A stretch of DNA of 64,000 nt from a plasmid, in sequence record NZ_CP044080.1. The stretch is one strand, 5' to 3'. The translations under genes were made by a program, and so were the position numbers. Position 1 is the first letter of the stretch; each line of letters starts with the position of its first letter. Below the pieces are notes generated by a model. That model searched no databases. It saw only the letters and a list, made by a program, of their open reading frames with translations, and was not told where the DNA came from. Positions 11,732 to 21,003 of this stretch are shown here, piece after piece.

Positions 11732-12693
11732 GGCGCATCGACCTGCACACCCTGGGACCCATCGTCGCGCTGGTCGCGCTGATCGTGCTGGGGGCGCTTT
11801 TGAACCCCGCGTTCCTGGCGCCCGCCAACATCACCAACGTGCTGGCGCGTTCGGCCTTCATCGGGATGATCGCGGTCGGCATGACCTTTGTCATCACCTC
11901 GGGCGGGCTCGATCTGTCGGTGGGGGCGATGGCCGCCTTTCTGGCGGGGCTGGCGATCCTGGCGATGAACGGCGCGCTGCCCCTGACCGGGGCGAACTGG
12001 GGCACGGTCCTTTTGGGCATGGGGGTCGCCATCCTGGGCGGGCTTGCCGCCGGATACCTGAACGGCGCGCTTGTGACCAAGGCGCGGATCGAGCCCTTCA
12101 TCGTCACGCTGGGCACCATGGGGATTTTCCGCAGCCTGGTCACCTGGCTGGCCGACGGCGGTACGCTGTCCTTGGACTACGGGCTGAGGACGCTGTACCG
12201 CCCGGTCTATTACGGCGGCATCGGCTGGCTGACCTGGCCCATCATCACCTTTGCCGTGGTTGCGGTCCTGGGCGAATGGGTCATGCGCCATTCCCGGTTC
12301 GGCCGCCATGTCGAGGCGATCGGATCGAACGACCGGGTGGCGCGCTATTCCGGCATCGACGTGAACCGGGTGCGGCTTTTGACCTATGTGGGCCTCGGCA
12401 TGCTGGTCGGGCTGGCGGTGGTTCTGTATGTGCCGCGCCTGGGCTCGGCCTCGGGCTCGACGGGGGTCCTGTGGGAGCTTGAGGCGATCGCCGCCGTCAT
12501 CATCGGCGGCACCGCGCTGAAGGGCGGGCGCGGCCGGGTCTGGGGCACCGTGGTCGGCGTCCTGATCCTGTCGCTGATCGACAATATCCTGAATCTGGCC
12601 GACCTGGTCAGCCCCTATCTGAACGGGGCGATCCAGGGGGTCATCATCGTCCTGGCTGTCGTCTTGCAGCGGGAAAAGCGGGCCGCCGAATAG
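11728..12693 (+). CDS. ABC transporter permease (RbsC-like)
   Basis: Hydrophobic 321-aa product, 4-bp overlap with the ATPase gene. Confidence 0.85.
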
Positions 12694-12718
12694 CGGCCCT
12701 TATGGGGAGGGGAAAAGG

Positions 12719-13678
12719 ATGCAACGCAGAAACCTGATGAAAGCCGCGGCGCTGGCGGCGGCGCTGGGACTGGCCGGCCCGGTCGCGGCGCAAGAGGGGG
12801 AAAAGACGATCATCGGCGTCTCGATCCCCTCGGCCACGCATGGCTTCATGGGCGGGCTGAACTGGCACGCGCAGGACACCATCAAGCGGCTGGGCGAAAC
12901 CTATCCGAACCTGGAATTCGTGCTCTCCACCGCCGGAGACAGCGCCAAGCAGGTCAACGACATCGAGGACATGATGGCCACGCGCGACATCGACGCGCTG
13001 GTCGTGCTGCCCTTTGAATCCGAACCGCTGACCGCGCCCGTAAAGGCCGTGAAGGACGCCGGCAAGTTCGTGACCGTCGTGGACCGCGGGTTGTCGCAGG
13101 AAGGGATCGAGGACCTTTACGTTGCCGGCGACAACGCCGCCTTCGGCCGCGTCGCGGGCGAGTACTTCAAGGCGAACCTCAAGCCCGGGGCCAAGATCGT
13201 GGTCCTGCGCGGCATCCCGACGACGCTGGACAACGAACGCGTCGAGGCGTTCCAGAAGGCGCTGGAGGGCTCCGAGGTCGAGATCCTCGACATGCAGCAC
13301 GGCAACTGGAACCGCGACGACGCCTTCGCGGTGATGCAGGACTATCTGGCGAAATATCCCCAGATCGACGCGGTCTGGGCCGCCGACGACGATATGGCGA
13401 CCGGCGTCCTGGAGGCGATCTCGGCTGCGAACCGGCAGGACGAGATGTGGGTGGTCGGCGGTGCCGGCATGAAGGAGATCGTCAAGCGCATCATGGACGG
13501 CGACAAGCAGCTTCCGGTGAACGTGACCTATCCGCCGGCGCTGATTTCCTCGGCCATCGAGATGACGGCGCTGCGCTTCGTGTCGAAGGCCCCGATGACC
13601 GGTCGCTTCATCATCGGCTCGGAACTGATCACGCCGGAAAACGCCAGCCAGTTCTACTACCCCGACAGCCCGTTCTGA
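12719..13678 (+). CDS. Periplasmic sugar-binding protein (RbsB-like)
   Basis: Signal peptide followed by a periplasmic-binding-protein fold. Confidence 0.8.
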   Translation: MQRRNLMKAAALAAALGLAGPVAAQEGEKTIIGVSIPSATHGFMGGLNWHAQDTIKRLGETYPNLEFVLSTAGDSAKQVNDIEDMMATRDIDALVVLPFESEPLTAPVKAVKDAGKFVTVVDRGLSQEGIEDLYVAGDNAAFGRVAGEYFKANLKPGAKIVVLRGIPTTLDNERVEAFQKALEGSEVEILDMQHGNWNRDDAFAVMQDYLAKYPQIDAVWAADDDMATGVLEAISAANRQDEMWVVGGAGMKEIVKRIMDGDKQLPVNVTYPPALISSAIEMTALRFVSKAPMTGRFIIGSELITPENASQFYYPDSPF

Positions 13679-14077
13679 GGGCCCCGCCCCCCTGGCGCCG
13701 GCATCGCCCCTGGCGGCTGCCGGTGCCTCCGGCGGGGATATTTGAAACAAGAAAGAAGCCGAGGCGTTCATGCGTCTGTGGCTGCTGAATTCCATTCCGT
13801 TTCCATGGAGACATTGCGGGGATCGGGGCCCACGAAGATTACCGGACGGATGCATTGCAGCGGCCCTGCGGACGACGGCGATTGGTTTGAGGATGGCCGG
13901 AGAGTGGTTCGGCTAGCAAGCCAGCCGAGGGCTTTCCCGACTGTCATGAGCCATGCACACAGATTGAACAAGGTACAATCACCGCGTGAAATCATCGCTG
14001 ATCCCGGATGATCTGAGTTGCTTGCACCGGGGACTTGCGATTTATGCTCGTTGCAGCCAGAGACGAGGGATAACAAG

Positions 14078-15187
14078 ATGAAGAAACTGAACGCTGTTGT
14101 GATCGGCGGGTCCAATACGGTCATGCGCCCCGGTTATCTGCCCGAACTGCCGCGTTGCTTCCATCCGTTCGGAATCGAGCTTCATATCGTGGCCAACCTG
14201 CCTGTCGGGAATACGTCCATCATGATGGGGCTGATGCAGCTCAAGGCCAATGTGGACGCACTTCGTGCTGCCGACGTGCTGTTCATTGAATATACGCTTA
14301 ACGACACGAGCTTCTACACTGGGCCGGATGGCCTGGCAAAATGGTCGCGCGGATACGAGGGCGCAATCCGCTTTGCCCGGACGGTCAACCAGAAGATCAA
14401 GATTGTCCCCATCATCTTTGCAACGCAGACAGGCGTTCACAGGACAGGGATCAATCCTCTTCATGCAGGCGTGCATTATCTGGCGGCCCATTACGGGCTT
14501 GCCGTGGCTGACGTGAATTCTGCGTTCATCCAGAGGTTTGGCGCCGACTTTTTCGAACAGCCGGGCATGTATCAGGACTTTGCGCATTATCAGCGACCGG
14601 TCGTCACCAACCTTGCGGCAGAGGTCGTTGCCGAGCGCACCGCGCCCTATCTGCTGTCGGACCTTGTGCCGGGACCGTTGCCGCCTAAGCTCTGCGCGAC
14701 CGACTATGCCGAGTGCAGCCTTATCCGGCACCCTGACGTTCCCATCCCGACCATTCTGAATTTCAAGAACTATCTTTACGACGTGAATGCGTTCGAAGTG
14801 GCGGGGAACTGCATTACCCTCGAGATCGAGGGCGGCTCCATTGTTGCCGCGCAGTATATCTGCCTTGAGGACGCAGCTCAGCTTTACATCCAGATGAATG
14901 GCGCGTGGTTCCAGTGCCAGACGCTGCAGCCCGGCCTGGTCAAGCCGACATACAAGTTTCTTCTGTCGATGCTCAATTTCGACCTGCCGCCTGCCGAAGG
15001 CATCAATCGCATCACCCTGACGACGCAAAGGCCGGAAGGGGTCGATTTGACCAAGCTCGTGCAAGTCGGAACAAAGCCACCGGTCCGCCCCGAGCGCAGC
15101 TTGCCCATCGCTGGTCTCATGCACACTGGCAAGCTGATCTCGGTCAGGGTCGAGAACATGGCGCAGCCGGAACTGGAAACGGCATAG
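14078..15187 (+). CDS. Hypothetical protein with an N-terminal SGNH/GDSL-hydrolase-like domain; in a low-GC segment
   Basis: Candidate SGNH blocks GGSNT, LND and DFAH; RBS GAGGGA upstream; GC clearly below that of neighbouring genes. Confidence 0.55.
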   Translation: MKKLNAVVIGGSNTVMRPGYLPELPRCFHPFGIELHIVANLPVGNTSIMMGLMQLKANVDALRAADVLFIEYTLNDTSFYTGPDGLAKWSRGYEGAIRFARTVNQKIKIVPIIFATQTGVHRTGINPLHAGVHYLAAHYGLAVADVNSAFIQRFGADFFEQPGMYQDFAHYQRPVVTNLAAEVVAERTAPYLLSDLVPGPLPPKLCATDYAECSLIRHPDVPIPTILNFKNYLYDVNAFEVAGNCITLEIEGGSIVAAQYICLEDAAQLYIQMNGAWFQCQTLQPGLVKPTYKFLLSMLNFDLPPAEGINRITLTTQRPEGVDLTKLVQVGTKPPVRPERSLPIAGLMHTGKLISVRVENMAQPELETA

Positions 15188-15319
15188 CCCTTTTCCGCTT
15201 TTCGACAGCAGCGTGAGCTTTCTCGCCTGAGCGAGGTTTGCCGCCGGATCGGGTTCGGATCAAGCCGGGCGGGGCTGCTGTCGCCAAGTCCGCGTGAGCG
15301 ATCCCTGATGCGAAATCTT

Positions 15320-15346
15320 GCGGCGGGGGCAGTCAGCCCCCGCCGC
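15320..15346 (-). terminator. Hairpin GCGGCGGGGGC-AGTCA-GCCCCCGCCGC downstream of efp
   Basis: Perfect 11-bp stem read directly; lies between the convergent efp and SGNH-like genes. Confidence 0.5.
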
Positions 15347-15363
15347 GTCCCTGGCCGGGCGCG

Positions 15364-15930
15364 TCAGGCCTTGGCGCGTTCGACGTAGGTCAGGTCGGCC
15401 GTGTTGATGATGACCTTGGTGCCGACGCCGATATGGGGCGGCACCATGATGCGCACGCCGTTGTGGGCGACGGCGGGCTTGTAGCTGGACGAGGCGGTCT
15501 GGCCCTTGACCACCGGCTCGGTCTCGACCACCTCGACCGTCACCTTCTGGGGCAGTTCGATGGCGATGGCGACGCCGTTGTGGACCTGCAGGAAGACGCT
15601 GATGCCGTCTTCCAGGAACACCTTGTCGTCGCCGACCACGTCGGGCGACACGGTGACCTGCTCGTAGCTTTCGGGCTCCATGAAGTGGAAGCCTTCGCCG
15701 TCCTCGTAAAGGAAGTTGTAGGCGCGTTCGTCGACATGGGCGCGTTCGACCTGTTCGGTGGTCTTCCAGCGTTCCGACACCTTGTTGCCGTCCGAGATGC
15801 GGCGCAGGTCGACCTGGGTCGTGGGCGTGCCCTTGCCGGGGTGGAAGTTGGTGGCGGTCAGGACGACATAGAGCTTGCCGTCGATTTCGACGACATTGCC
15901 TTTGCGAAGGCTGGAGGCGATGACTTTCAA
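15364..15930 (-). CDS. efp: Elongation factor P, TTG start
   Basis: [22 protein letters not shown]; Lys in the PGKG loop. Confidence 0.9.
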   Translation of the reverse strand: MKVIASSLRKGNVVEIDGKLYVVLTATNFHPGKGTPTTQVDLRRISDGNKVSERWKTTEQVERAHVDERAYNFLYEDGEGFHFMEPESYEQVTVSPDVVGDDKVFLEDGISVFLQVHNGVAIAIELPQKVTVEVVETEPVVKGQTASSSYKPAVAHNGVRIMVPPHIGVGTKVIINTADLTYVERAKA

Positions 15931-16065
15931 GGGCGGTTTCCTTGCGTGCTTTTCAAATACCGAAGGGCCGGCTAAGCCTGCCGGCGGGATGGCGTCCCAT
16001 AGCGTTTTCCGCGGCGCATTGCCAGCCGCAAGCGGGCGGGCGCGCAATCGCAAGGAGTCCGGGCC

Positions 16066-17133
16066 ATGAGGCATCCGCAAGACACCCCGCAGGACACGCC
16101 CTGGTGGGATCCCGACCGCCATGCCGGGCGGCGCCCGCTGCTGCTGGCGCGGGGTCGCATCCGCGACGCGCTTCGGGCCTGGCTCGGGGCGCGCGACTTC
16201 CTGGAGGTGGACCCCGCCGCCCTGGCCGCCAGCCCGGGCAACGAAGCGCATCTGCACGGGTTTGCCACCACGCTGATCGGAAACGACGGCGAGGGCCACC
16301 CGGCCTATCTGCACACCAGTCCCGAATTCGCCATGAAGAAGCTGCTGGCGGCCGGCGAGAAGCGGATCTTTGCCCTGTCCCATGTCTGGCGCAACCGCGA
16401 GCGCACAGCGCTGCACCACCCCGAGTTCACCATGCTGGAATGGTATCGCGTGGCCGAGGATTACCGGGTGCTGTTTCAGGACTGCGCTGCCTTCCTGCGG
16501 CTGGCGGCCGAGGCGGCGGGGGCCGAGGTGCTGCAACACCGGGGGATGCGCTGCGACCCCTTTGCCGCACCCGAGGTGATGAGCGTGGCCGAGGCATTCC
16601 GCGAATTCGCCGGCATCGACCTGCTGGCGACCTGCGAAGGCGCCGAAACGGACGCGGCGGCCTTGCGCGCGCAGGTCCAGGGCATCCGGCTGGCCGAGGA
16701 CGACACCTGGTCCGACATCCTGTCGCGCGTGCTGGTCGAAAAGGTCGAGCCGCATCTGGGCCGGGACCGGCCGCTGATCCTCGACCGCTATCCGGCGGCC
16801 GAGGCGGCGCTGGCGCGGCCCGCCGCCGACCCGCGGGAGGCCGAGCGGTTCGAGCTTTACGCCTGCGGGGTCGAGCTTGCGAACGGTTTCGGCGAGCTGA
16901 CCGACCCGGCCGAGCAGCGGCGGCGCTTTGTTCTGGAGATGGACGAGAAGGCCCGCGTCTATGGCGAGCGCTATCCGCTGGACGAGGATTTCCTGGCGGC
17001 GCTGGAAGTCATGCCCGCCGCCTCGGGCTGCGCTTTGGGGTTCGACCGGCTGGTGATGCTGGCGACCGGCGCGCCGCGCATCGAGGACGTGCTGTGGACG
17101 CCGGTGGTTGATTTTCCGTCCCGAGTGGACTAG
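16066..17133 (+). CDS. epmA: EF-P beta-lysyl ligase EpmA (PoxA/GenX, truncated LysRS paralogue)
   Basis: Class II aaRS catalytic core without an anticodon-binding domain; divergent from efp. Confidence 0.8.
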   Translation: MRHPQDTPQDTPWWDPDRHAGRRPLLLARGRIRDALRAWLGARDFLEVDPAALAASPGNEAHLHGFATTLIGNDGEGHPAYLHTSPEFAMKKLLAAGEKRIFALSHVWRNRERTALHHPEFTMLEWYRVAEDYRVLFQDCAAFLRLAAEAAGAEVLQHRGMRCDPFAAPEVMSVAEAFREFAGIDLLATCEGAETDAAALRAQVQGIRLAEDDTWSDILSRVLVEKVEPHLGRDRPLILDRYPAAEAALARPAADPREAERFELYACGVELANGFGELTDPAEQRRRFVLEMDEKARVYGERYPLDEDFLAALEVMPAASGCALGFDRLVMLATGAPRIEDVLWTPVVDFPSRVD

Positions 17134-17162
17134 GTTTGGTGGACTAAGTCAGGGGCCAGCCG

Positions 17163-17405
17163 ATGAAGACCGTGAACATCCACGAGGCCAAGACCCATCT
17201 GTCGCGCCTGGTCGAGGCGGCGGCGGCGGGCGAAAGCTTTGTCATCGCCCGCGCCGGCAAGCCCCTGGTCAAGGTCACGCGGCTTGAGGCCGAGACGCCG
17301 CGCCGGCTGGGATTCCTGCAGGGCCAGGCCAGCGTCCCCGAGGATTTCGACAGCATGGGTGCGGACCCCATCCGCGCGCTGTTCGAGGGTGGCGAGCCGT
17401 CTTGA
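17163..17405 (+). CDS. Type II antitoxin, Phd/YefM family
   Basis: 80 aa with MKTVNIHEAKTHLSRLV; 4-bp overlap with the PIN toxin gene. Confidence 0.7.
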   Translation: MKTVNIHEAKTHLSRLVEAAAAGESFVIARAGKPLVKVTRLEAETPRRLGFLQGQASVPEDFDSMGADPIRALFEGGEPS

Positions 17406-17788
17406 ACCTGCTTCTGGACACGCATCTGCTGCTGTGGTCGGCCTTTGCGGTCGAACGCATCCCGCAGGCCACGGTGCGCCGGCTGTCGGATCCGGGCAAT
17501 GCGCTGTGGTTCAGCGCGGCATCCATCTGGGAGGTGGCGATCAAGCGGGCGCTGGACCGGCCCGATTTTCGCGTCGATCCGGGCGTCCTGCGCGCGGGCC
17601 TGCTGGCGAACGGCTATCAGGAACTGCCGGTCGAGGGGCGGCACTGCCTGGGCCTTTCGACCCTGCCGCCGCTGCATGGCGACCCGTTCGACCGCATGCT
17701 GGTGGTGCAGGCCGCGGCCGAGGGCATGGTGCTGCTGACCGCCGACCGCATGGTCGCGGCCTATGGCGGGGCGACCGAGCTGATCTAG
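17402..17788 (+). CDS. vapC: PIN-domain toxin VapC
   Basis: LLDTHLLLW with a conserved acidic PIN motif; 128 aa. Confidence 0.8.
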   Translation: MNLLLDTHLLLWSAFAVERIPQATVRRLSDPGNALWFSAASIWEVAIKRALDRPDFRVDPGVLRAGLLANGYQELPVEGRHCLGLSTLPPLHGDPFDRMLVVQAAAEGMVLLTADRMVAAYGGATELI

Positions 17789-17980
17789 GGCGCAACCGGG
17801 GCGCGATGCCGGGTGGCGGCTATCGCGCATCAGGCCCTGGCTCGTTGCAAAAATGCCAGACGGGCGGGACGGGATGGCCGTCGCGCGGGACCGGCCGCTT
17901 GCCCGCGCGCGCCGGGAAATGGCAAGGTCAACAAAATTGGTCAGGCTTTCCCCCTCGCCTCCGCCCTGAAAGGACCCTTG

Positions 17981-20089
17981 ATGCTTTCCGCCCGTTTCCT
18001 GTTCCTGGCCGGCACCAGCGCGCTTGCCCTGGCGATCCCGGCCGCCGCGCAGACCGCAGACACGACCGACACCGAAACGGTGGTCCTGGACGAGATCGTG
18101 CTGGATGCCACCGCGCCGACGCGCGGCTATGTGGTGCCCACGACCCAGATCGCGACCAAGACCGAGACCAGCGTGCTGGAAACCCAGCAGTCGGTGTCGG
18201 TCGTGACGGGCCAGCAGATCCGCGACCAGGGGGCGACTTCGGTGGGGCAGGCGCTGCGTTACAGCGCGGGCGCGGTGGCCGAGCCCTATGGCGCGACGCC
18301 GGGCTTCGACGAGCCGAACATCCGCGGCTTCGGCAGCAACAACTCGCAATACCTGAACGGGCTGCGCTTTATCCGCAAGTTCGGCGCCCCGTCCTATGAG
18401 CTTTACGGGCTTGAGCGGGTCGAACTGCTGCGCGGGCCGTCCTCGGCGCTGTATGGCGCGGGGTCGCCCGGCGGCATTGTGAACCTGGTCCAGAAGCACG
18501 CCCAGCCCGAGGATTTCGCCGAGGCCGGCGTCGGCTATGGCAGCTTCGGCGATGCCAGCCTGTTCTTCGACGTGAACCGCGCGGCATCCGACGTGCTGGC
18601 GTGGCGCCTGACCGGCCAGATCAGCAAGACCGAGGAGCAGGTCGAGGAGGTCACGAACGACCGCCAGTATCTGGCGACCGCCCTGCGCTGGCAGATGGAC
18701 GAGGTCTCGACCCTGGACCTGCTGCTGTCCTATCAGAAGGACAGCCCGATCTCGCCCGCCGGGGTGCCCTATGCCCTGACGCAGATCGCCGATGGCGATG
18801 ACCTGCGCGAGTTCTATGCGGGCTATCCCGACGAGACCGACAGCGACCGCCGCATGCTGAACCTTGGCGTCGAATACGGCCGCGACCTGGACAACGGCTG
18901 GCGGCTGGAGCAGAGCTTCCGTTACCAGAAGTTCGACTGGGATTATAACATCTTCACGTCGAGCAGGCTGTCGGACGACGGCGGCTCGATCGTCCTGACC
19001 CAGACCGACCAGGAGGAAAGCGGCAATACGCTGAATGCCGATACCCGCTTGACTGGCGAGGTCACGACCGGGGCCGCGACCCACCGGCTGCTGGTCGGCA
19101 TCGACGCCCTGCGCTATAGCTTCGACAATACCACCGTATTCAGCACGCCTCTCAGCACCATCGACTGGCGCGATCCCAACCTTGGCGGCTTTCGACCAGG
19201 CCCCGCCTGGTATACCAAGAACGAGGATCTGACCATCACTCAGGTCGGGATTTATGCCCAGGACGAGATTTCCTGGGACAACTGGCGCATGTCCCTGGGC
19301 CTGCGCCACAGCTGGGTCAAGCAGACTGGCACGGTCACGGTCAACGGCATCGAGTCGGACGGCTATCAAAAGGACAACGCCACCACCGGCCGCATCGGAC
19401 TGTCTTATGTCTTTGACAACGGTGTCGCGCCCTACGTCAGCTATTCGACCTCGTTCGATCCCGAGATCGGGACGGATCGCGCCGGCAACGCATTCGAGCC
19501 GACCGAGGGCAAGCAGTGGGAGGTCGGTGTGAAATACCAGCCGTCCGATGCAATCCTGCTGACGGCCGCCTATTACGATCTCAAGCAGGACAACCTGATC
19601 CGCTATGACGCGGCCGGCCTGCCAGTCCAATCGGGCGAGGTCAGGGCCCGTGGCCTTGAGCTTGAGGCGACGGCGGAACTGGCCCAGGGCTGGGACATCC
19701 GCGCGGCCTATGCCTATACCGACACGCGCCTGAACGGGGACGTCGCGCCGGAAACCGATCCGACGGCTATTCTTTATAATGGCAACCGGGCCGCGAACTC
19801 GCCCTATCACATGGCCAGCCTCTGGTTGGTTCGCGACTTTGACAACGGGTTCCGCCTGGGTGGCGGGGTGCGCTACGTCGGCGAACGCTACGGCGACGAT
19901 GCGAACGACTATCCGCTGGACAGCAATACCCTGGTCGACCTGGGCGCCAGCTATACCCGCGACAACATCGTGGCCTCGCTGAACGTGCTGAACCTGACCG
20001 ACAAGACCTATCTTGCCAGCTGCAGCCAGTTTTATTGCAACTATGGCGAGGGGCGCGAGATCCAGGCGCGGCTGAGCTACAAGTGGTAA
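17981..20089 (+). CDS. TonB-dependent siderophore receptor
   Basis: Signal peptide, plug domain, C-terminal LSYKW. Confidence 0.85.
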   Translation: MLSARFLFLAGTSALALAIPAAAQTADTTDTETVVLDEIVLDATAPTRGYVVPTTQIATKTETSVLETQQSVSVVTGQQIRDQGATSVGQALRYSAGAVAEPYGATPGFDEPNIRGFGSNNSQYLNGLRFIRKFGAPSYELYGLERVELLRGPSSALYGAGSPGGIVNLVQKHAQPEDFAEAGVGYGSFGDASLFFDVNRAASDVLAWRLTGQISKTEEQVEEVTNDRQYLATALRWQMDEVSTLDLLLSYQKDSPISPAGVPYALTQIADGDDLREFYAGYPDETDSDRRMLNLGVEYGRDLDNGWRLEQSFRYQKFDWDYNIFTSSRLSDDGGSIVLTQTDQEESGNTLNADTRLTGEVTTGAATHRLLVGIDALRYSFDNTTVFSTPLSTIDWRDPNLGGFRPGPAWYTKNEDLTITQVGIYAQDEISWDNWRMSLGLRHSWVKQTGTVTVNGIESDGYQKDNATTGRIGLSYVFDNGVAPYVSYSTSFDPEIGTDRAGNAFEPTEGKQWEVGVKYQPSDAILLTAAYYDLKQDNLIRYDAAGLPVQSGEVRARGLELEATAELAQGWDIRAAYAYTDTRLNGDVAPETDPTAILYNGNRAANSPYHMASLWLVRDFDNGFRLGGGVRYVGERYGDDANDYPLDSNTLVDLGASYTRDNIVASLNVLNLTDKTYLASCSQFYCNYGEGREIQARLSYKW

Positions 20090-21003
20090 CAGCACCGGCG
20101 GCGGGCCTGAGGCGGCGCAGCTTTCTGGCCTCGGCTGCCGTCCTTGCGGCGGTCGGCGCGGCGAGGGCGCAGGGGCCCGCCCCCCGCCTTGCCGCCGTCG
20201 ACTGGGCGATGCTGGAAACCGCCGTGGCCATCGGGCACATGCCCGTCGCGGCCTGCGAGCTGATCCGGTTTCGCATCGACGCGGTCGAGCCGGCGATCCC
20301 GCCCGGGGTCATCGACCTGGGGCTGCGCGGCGCCCCGAACTATGAGCTGTTGCAGCTGGCGCGGCCGGACCTGATCCTGAGCTCTCCGTTCTATGTCCAG
20401 CACCGGGCGCGGCTGGAAACCATCGCGCCGGTGCTGTCGGTCGACGTCTATACGCCGGGCGAGCCGCCCCTGCCCAAGGCGCTTGCGGCGCTGGACCGGC
20501 TGGGCGAGGCGGTGGACGACCGGCCCGCCGCCCGCCAGGCCCGCGCGCGCGCCGAGGCGCGACTGGACGCCCTGGCCGCGCGGCTCGGGCGCCATGCCGA
20601 CCGGCCCTTCAGCCTGATCGGCATCGGCGACGCGCGCCACCTGCGGTCCTTCGGCCATGACAGCCTGTTCGGCAGCGTGCTGACCCGGCTGGGGCTGGAA
20701 AACGCCTGGACCGACCGCACGCAGTTCAGCTTTCGCGCGCCCCTGCCCATCGAGCGGCTGGCCGACGCCCCCGAGGCGCGGCTGGTCATCCTGGGCGGCA
20801 TCCCGATCGAGGCGCGGCAGGGCCTGTCGCGCAGCATCCTGTGGCGGGCGCTGCCGCCGGTCGCGGCGGGCCGGGTCTATCACCTGCCCGAGGTCAACGC
20901 CTTCGGCGGCGTGCCGGCGGCGCTGCGCTTTGCCGGGCTGCTGGCCGATGCGCTGGACGCGGGGCCGGGTGCGGGGCCAAGTGCGGAGCCGGAGGCGGCA
21001 TGA
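20083..21003 (+). CDS. Iron-siderophore ABC substrate-binding protein (FhuD-like), Tat signal RRRSFL; GTG start assumed
   Basis: Periplasmic class III binding protein; start uncertain. Confidence 0.65.
   Translation: MVTAPAAGLRRRSFLASAAVLAAVGAARAQGPAPRLAAVDWAMLETAVAIGHMPVAACELIRFRIDAVEPAIPPGVIDLGLRGAPNYELLQLARPDLILSSPFYVQHRARLETIAPVLSVDVYTPGEPPLPKALAALDRLGEAVDDRPAARQARARAEARLDALAARLGRHADRPFSLIGIGDARHLRSFGHDSLFGSVLTRLGLENAWTDRTQFSFRAPLPIERLADAPEARLVILGGIPIEARQGLSRSILWRALPPVAAGRVYHLPEVNAFGGVPAALRFAGLLADALDAGPGAGPSAEPEAA

Noticed and set aside
17144-20095. 983-aa minus-strand ORF
   Set aside because: Antisense to the TA pair and the TonB-dependent receptor. Compositional artefact.
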